Assembly: GCA_963728405.1 (NCBI GenBank)
Contig: CAVSJV010000005.1
Coordinates: 224,001-288,000, forward strand
From: Methanomassiliicoccaceae archaeon
GTDB lineage: Archaea; Thermoplasmatota; Thermoplasmata; Methanomassiliicoccales; Methanomassiliicoccaceae
DNA length: 64,000 bases
Reading direction: 5' to 3'
A model generated the notes under the pieces. The model worked only from the letters and a program-made list of their open reading frames with translations. It made no database searches and had not been told where the DNA came from. The position numbers and the translations under genes are program-made. Of the stretch, positions 60,018 through 64,000 are shown piece by piece (within the stretch, counting starts at the first letter, position 1; every line of letters starts with the position of its first letter).

Positions 60018-60893
60018 ATGACCGTTGAAATGCCATCGATGCAAGTTAAAAGAAGCAAATTTCCGACCAAGCACCTGGTCAGCGGGGAAAGTATCCAGTG
60101 GGAAGGAAGGCCCTCCATCATCGTGTACTTCCTGCGTTCCCTGCTGCTGTTCCTGTTCGGAGCGGCATTTGGGATACTGGCATTCCTGCAGAAGGACACG
60201 ACCATTGACTTCGCCGTTCTAAGCTCCTACATCTTCCTCATCGCGATGTTCGTCCTGATCATGCTGATGGTCGGGGCCCACCGCCGCTGGGGCGCTCTTG
60301 AGGCCCTGATCGCCCTGGTGCTGGTGGTCCTGCTGTTCCTGAGCTTTGACCTGAACCCGGCGTTCTATCTCGGCCCGATGATCATCGGGCTGGTGGCGTT
60401 CCTGTTCGAGTACGTTCTGTGGTCCCACACCTACTTCGCCATATCGGACCGCCGCATCATGACCCAGTATGGGGTGTTCAGCCTGATGTTCGCCGACACC
60501 CAGATCGACCGCGTTCAGAACGTATCGGTGGTTCAGCCGATCATGGAGCGCATCTTTGGGTATGGGGACGTGATGTTCGCCACCTCCGGGGAGATGGGCG
60601 GGATCAAGAGCGACGACCCGAAGGAGAGGTTGCGGGCCGGCGGCGCCATCGTCTGGGAGGACGTCCCCCGACCGTTCGAGGTCAGGAAGATCGCCGAAGA
60701 GATCATCTTCCGATCGACCAAGCCGACCGTGCAGTACGTTCCTCAGCCTTACGTTCAATCCCCGCTCCCCGCCCCGATCCAGTCCGTCGAGGCCGAGGAG
60801 AGACTGGTGAAGCTAAAGGAGATGCGGGAGAAGAACCTCATCTCCGAGGTGGAGTACCAGCAGAAGAGACAGGAGATACTGGGTCGGCTGTGA
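60018..60893 (+). CDS. Membrane protein with bacterial-type PH domain and C-terminal SHOCT helix
   Basis: L..GE.I.W.GRP, 4 TM, ISDRRI...G, VQNV...Q..ERIFGYG.V, L.KLKE...ISE.EYQQKR..IL. Confidence 0.8.
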   Translation: MTVEMPSMQVKRSKFPTKHLVSGESIQWEGRPSIIVYFLRSLLLFLFGAAFGILAFLQKDTTIDFAVLSSYIFLIAMFVLIMLMVGAHRRWGALEALIALVLVVLLFLSFDLNPAFYLGPMIIGLVAFLFEYVLWSHTYFAISDRRIMTQYGVFSLMFADTQIDRVQNVSVVQPIMERIFGYGDVMFATSGEMGGIKSDDPKERLRAGGAIVWEDVPRPFEVRKIAEEIIFRSTKPTVQYVPQPYVQSPLPAPIQSVEAEERLVKLKEMREKNLISEVEYQQKRQEILGRL

Positions 60894-61565
60894 TCAGTGC
60901 AGGAACTGGTGCAGCCGCTCGGCGCGCTTCTTTCCGAACCCGGGGACCTTCTGCAAGTCCTTGACGCTCGCTCTGCATAGATCGTCCACGCTGCCGTACC
61001 GCTCCATCAGTTGGCTGGCCAACTGGTCGCCCACTCCCGGGATGGCGCCCAGGAAGTAGCACCGCTGGTCCTTTTCCGGCAGTTCCTTATGGAATCGCGG
61101 CCGGTACCAGCGGGACGGTATCTCCCTGTCGTTCTTACCATCCTCCTCCCTTTTGACCAGTACGCGGAGGAACCGCTCCACGCTGTTGCGTCCTTCCAGG
61201 AAGATCACTGGGACGTGGTAGGTGAAGATGCATTCCAGCTGCGCGCCGATGACCGACGATTCCAGACGGGTCAGCTCCTCGGACGAGGTGTCCAGCTCGC
61301 TCCGCTCGATGATCAGCAGGCGGCGGACCACCGGGATGTTCTCGAACCGGTCCTGAGCGAGCATCCGGACCAGCTGCTCCCATAGCCGGCCGTTGCGATA
61401 CGAGGTGATGAAATCGCGAAAGGTCTTCCTTTCCACTACCACCGCCCGATCGTCGGCAACCACGATGTAGTCACCCGCCTCCAGGTTCGTTACGGTCACC
61501 TGACCTAGGTCGCCGATGTAACTGAGGAAGTCCCTCTCCCGGGCATCGATGAAGAGCCTGATCAC
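60894..61565 (-). CDS. Stand-alone ERCC4/XPF nuclease with HhH motifs
   Basis: IDARE, GDY, VERKT..D...S, IPGVG, VPGFG; GTGA overlap with the rad50 stop. Confidence 0.9.
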   Translation of the reverse strand: MIRLFIDARERDFLSYIGDLGQVTVTNLEAGDYIVVADDRAVVVERKTFRDFITSYRNGRLWEQLVRMLAQDRFENIPVVRRLLIIERSELDTSSEELTRLESSVIGAQLECIFTYHVPVIFLEGRNSVERFLRVLVKREEDGKNDREIPSRWYRPRFHKELPEKDQRCYFLGAIPGVGDQLASQLMERYGSVDDLCRASVKDLQKVPGFGKKRAERLHQFLH

Positions 61566-63974
61566 TGCTCGACGGCGCTGGTGCCGTCCTCCAGCTCCCT
61601 TATGGTGATCACATTGTTCATGTAGTCCTTGGTGTCGTCGATGTGGGTGATCAGGATGATCTGATGGAACTGCTTCTCCAGGCGGTTGAGCGTGCTCATG
61701 ATGTTCCGCTTGCGGACCTGGTCCTGGGAGCCGAAGATCTCGTCCAGGATGAGGAAGTTGATGTCGTTCCCGGACCGATCGGCGAGGACCCGGGAGATCG
61801 CCAGGCGGAGGCTCAGGTTCGCCAGGTCCCCCTCGCCTCCGGAGAACCGGGACAGCGGGTACTTGTCCTTGCCATCATAGATGTGCATCTCGTAGTCCTC
61901 GTCCAGTTCGATCCCGCCGTACTTGGAATCGGTCATCTCGGAGAAGAACTGCGAAGATACCTCAGACAGCGTGGGGACCACTCGCTCCATCACGTTCTGT
62001 TTGAAGTCGATCATGACCTTTTCGAGGGTGGCGAGCTGCTCGACCTTTTTGGCCCGTTGGGCTATGCTCCTCTCCTTCTCTAGCACTTCCTCGAGCGCAG
62101 TCTTCCGGTCACCTAGATATTTAATGGCGTAGTCCAGGGCAGAGGCTTGCCGGGATACCTCGCCGTAGGCGGCCTCCCGGGCATGGTAGGCCGCATCATA
62201 GGCGTCCTGGGCCGATCTCAGGTCCCCCTCCGTGTAGCCGACCGCGGCGAGGTCCGACCGGACCCGCACCAACTCCGAATCCTTCACGGCCAGTATGTGG
62301 GCCATGTCCTTCTTCCGCCCTTCCAGGTCCGGAAGCCGGGAGCCTTCGCCGCGTAGGGACTTGCATCTCTCCGCCAGGGGGCGTAGTGTCGCTATCTTCG
62401 CCTTGAGGTCATTGAAGGCCTTCGGGTCGAAATTCACTTCGCCGATGCCATCCAGGGCCTGTTGGGCCGTGGCCAGCTCCCGGGCCAGGTCCCTGGTCCG
62501 CTGCTGCTGCGTCTCGATGGTGATGGAAAGCCGCTGCTCCTGTCCCACCTCGTTCTGGAGCTTCTTCCTTCTCTCGTCCAGCGCTCCTTTTCGGCGGATG
62601 GAGAGATCGATCTCTTCTTTGAGGGCCGTCCAATCCTTGACCAGGGCTTCCGCTTGGGTGGCCTTCTCCGTTCCTTCCTTATCGAGCTGGGAGACGAGGT
62701 GATGGTGATGCTCCCCCAGCTGCCGTTCGCAGGTGGGGCACATGCTCTCCGGCCCCATGCTGGAGATGTCCATCCTCTTGCGGCCGAGCTCATCGATCTC
62801 CCGGCTTAACCTCTTGACCTCTGAGTCGAGCAGGCCGGCCCGCTCGCGCTTCGCGCTAGTGTCGGAGTCCAATGCCTCTAGCGTCGCCGCCACCGTGGTC
62901 AGGCGGTCCTGAGGGCTTTTTAGCTTGGACCTTTCTTCCACGGCCTTGGTCAGCGTTTCCTCGGTGCGGCGGAGCTCTTCCTTGACCCGGTTGAGGTTCT
63001 GGGCAGCATTCTTCCGCTGCTCGAAGCGGACCCGGTCGCTATCCATGGCCTCCTTGCAGGCGTTCGCCTCCTCCAGCTCCTTCTCCCTCCCTTCCAGCTC
63101 CGGGAGCGAGCTCAATCTCTCCTTCAGGGCGAGAAGGTCCTGGTCGATCAGGGCCGCGGTGCGGCGGGCCTCCTCGATCTCCTTGTTCTTGCCCAGGGCC
63201 CGCTTCTCCACCGCTCGGTAGTCGGTCTCCTTGAGGGCCGTCCACTCCTTGTGGCCGCGGGCCTTCTCCAGGCCAGCATCCCTTTCCCTGGACGCTTGAT
63301 TGGCCGCCTCCAGCTCCTTCCTCAGCTGCTCCCCCCGCTCCTCGAGTTGACCGATCTCCTCGGCCAGGACCTCCTTCCGGGGGCGGCGGTCGGTGGTCAT
63401 CAGCTGCTCGTTCACCGACTGCAGGACGAGCTTCTCCTCCCGCCCATCCTTCCTTATGCCATCCACCACATCCTGGAGGATGTCCAGCTCGAGCATCCGC
63501 ATCACCAGTTTCTTCCGCTCCGCCGGCGTCAGCACCGAGAGGGCGGAGAGGTCCTTCTGGCGGGCGAACACCGAGATGAAGAAGGCCTGATGGTCCATCC
63601 CCAGGATCTCCTCGATCTTCTGGGTGACCGCCCGTTCGGTCTTGGCGATGATGCCTCCTGCGGCGGTCAGCTCGGCCTCGGCCTTGAGGTCCTTGCCCCG
63701 GAGCGATCGCTTGAGGCGGTACTGCACCCGGCCGAGCTCGAACTCCAGCTCCACCGAGCAATCCTCGTGGGGGCCGGCCCCGCTCCTCCTGATCCCCTCC
63801 TTCCCGTCGCGGTTCTCGGTCCTGTTCCCGTACAGCGCCCAGGAGACCGCCTCGATCAGCGTGCTCTTCCCCGCCCCGTTCGGGCCCATGATGCCGATCA
63901 CGCCGTCAGGGAACTCGTATGCGGGCGTCCCGGAACTTCCGGTAATTGTGCAGCTCGAGGTAGCTCAGTCGGAT
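61562..63974 (-). CDS. rad50: Rad50/SbcC SMC-like ATPase, +1 indel near 63917
   Basis: IRLSYLELHNYRKF, GPNGAGKST, coiled coil with CPTC zinc hook, FSGGE, ILDE, ITH. Confidence 0.92.
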
Positions 63975-64000
63975 CCTTCCAGCCCCCTCTTCAGATATTC
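63965..64000 (-). CDS. 3' end of an upstream gene (possibly mre11), truncated by window edge
   Basis: Only EYLKRGLEGSD* is visible; identity inferred from the usual mre11-rad50 order. Confidence 0.3.
   Translation of the reverse strand, partial: EYLKRGLEGSD

Noticed and set aside
1-64000. CRISPR array, cas genes, integrase or prophage
   Set aside because: No regularly spaced repeats, cas or integrase motifs seen; no duplicated tRNA 3' ends noticed, though a by-eye search is not exhaustive.

Overview
GC-rich archaeal chromosome segment, most consistent with Thermoplasmata (Methanomassiliicoccales-like). The assignment is inferred from a stand-alone 5S rRNA, a split Hef helicase/ERCC4 nuclease, radB, ipk-fni-idsA, arcS, rpo11 and bud32; no methanogenesis marker lies in the window. 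It holds about 60 mostly housekeeping genes covering DNA repair, tRNA modification, isoprenoid, thiamine and pyrimidine synthesis, plus tRNA-Pro(TGG), tRNA-Gly(TCC) and one 5S rRNA. At least ten genes, including DNA ligase and Rad50, carry single-base indels, so most frameshifts look like long-read consensus errors. Best leads: (1) a ~270-bp protein-less IS200/IS605 derivative downstream of the 5S rRNA that keeps only the TnpB RuvC-III tail and an intact omega/reRNA-type right end, with its guide taken from the leader of a zinc-ribbon gene; (2) a regulated TusA-DsrE/E2/H/E/F sulfur-relay operon with no dsrAB/dsrC, near a His-type (sulfide-using) Thi4; (3) a large FG-GAP/PKD surface protein with a cytoplasmic longin/roadblock-like domain and zinc ribbon, near an orphan Roadblock gene; (4) an extensively self-complementary intergenic region at 54.5-54.9 kb; (5) an XPF nuclease coupled to rad50, and a PIP-box-like tail on DUF72; (6) probable CTG/ATC start codons and heavy amber-stop use. 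No database searches were possible, so all novelty claims are provisional.
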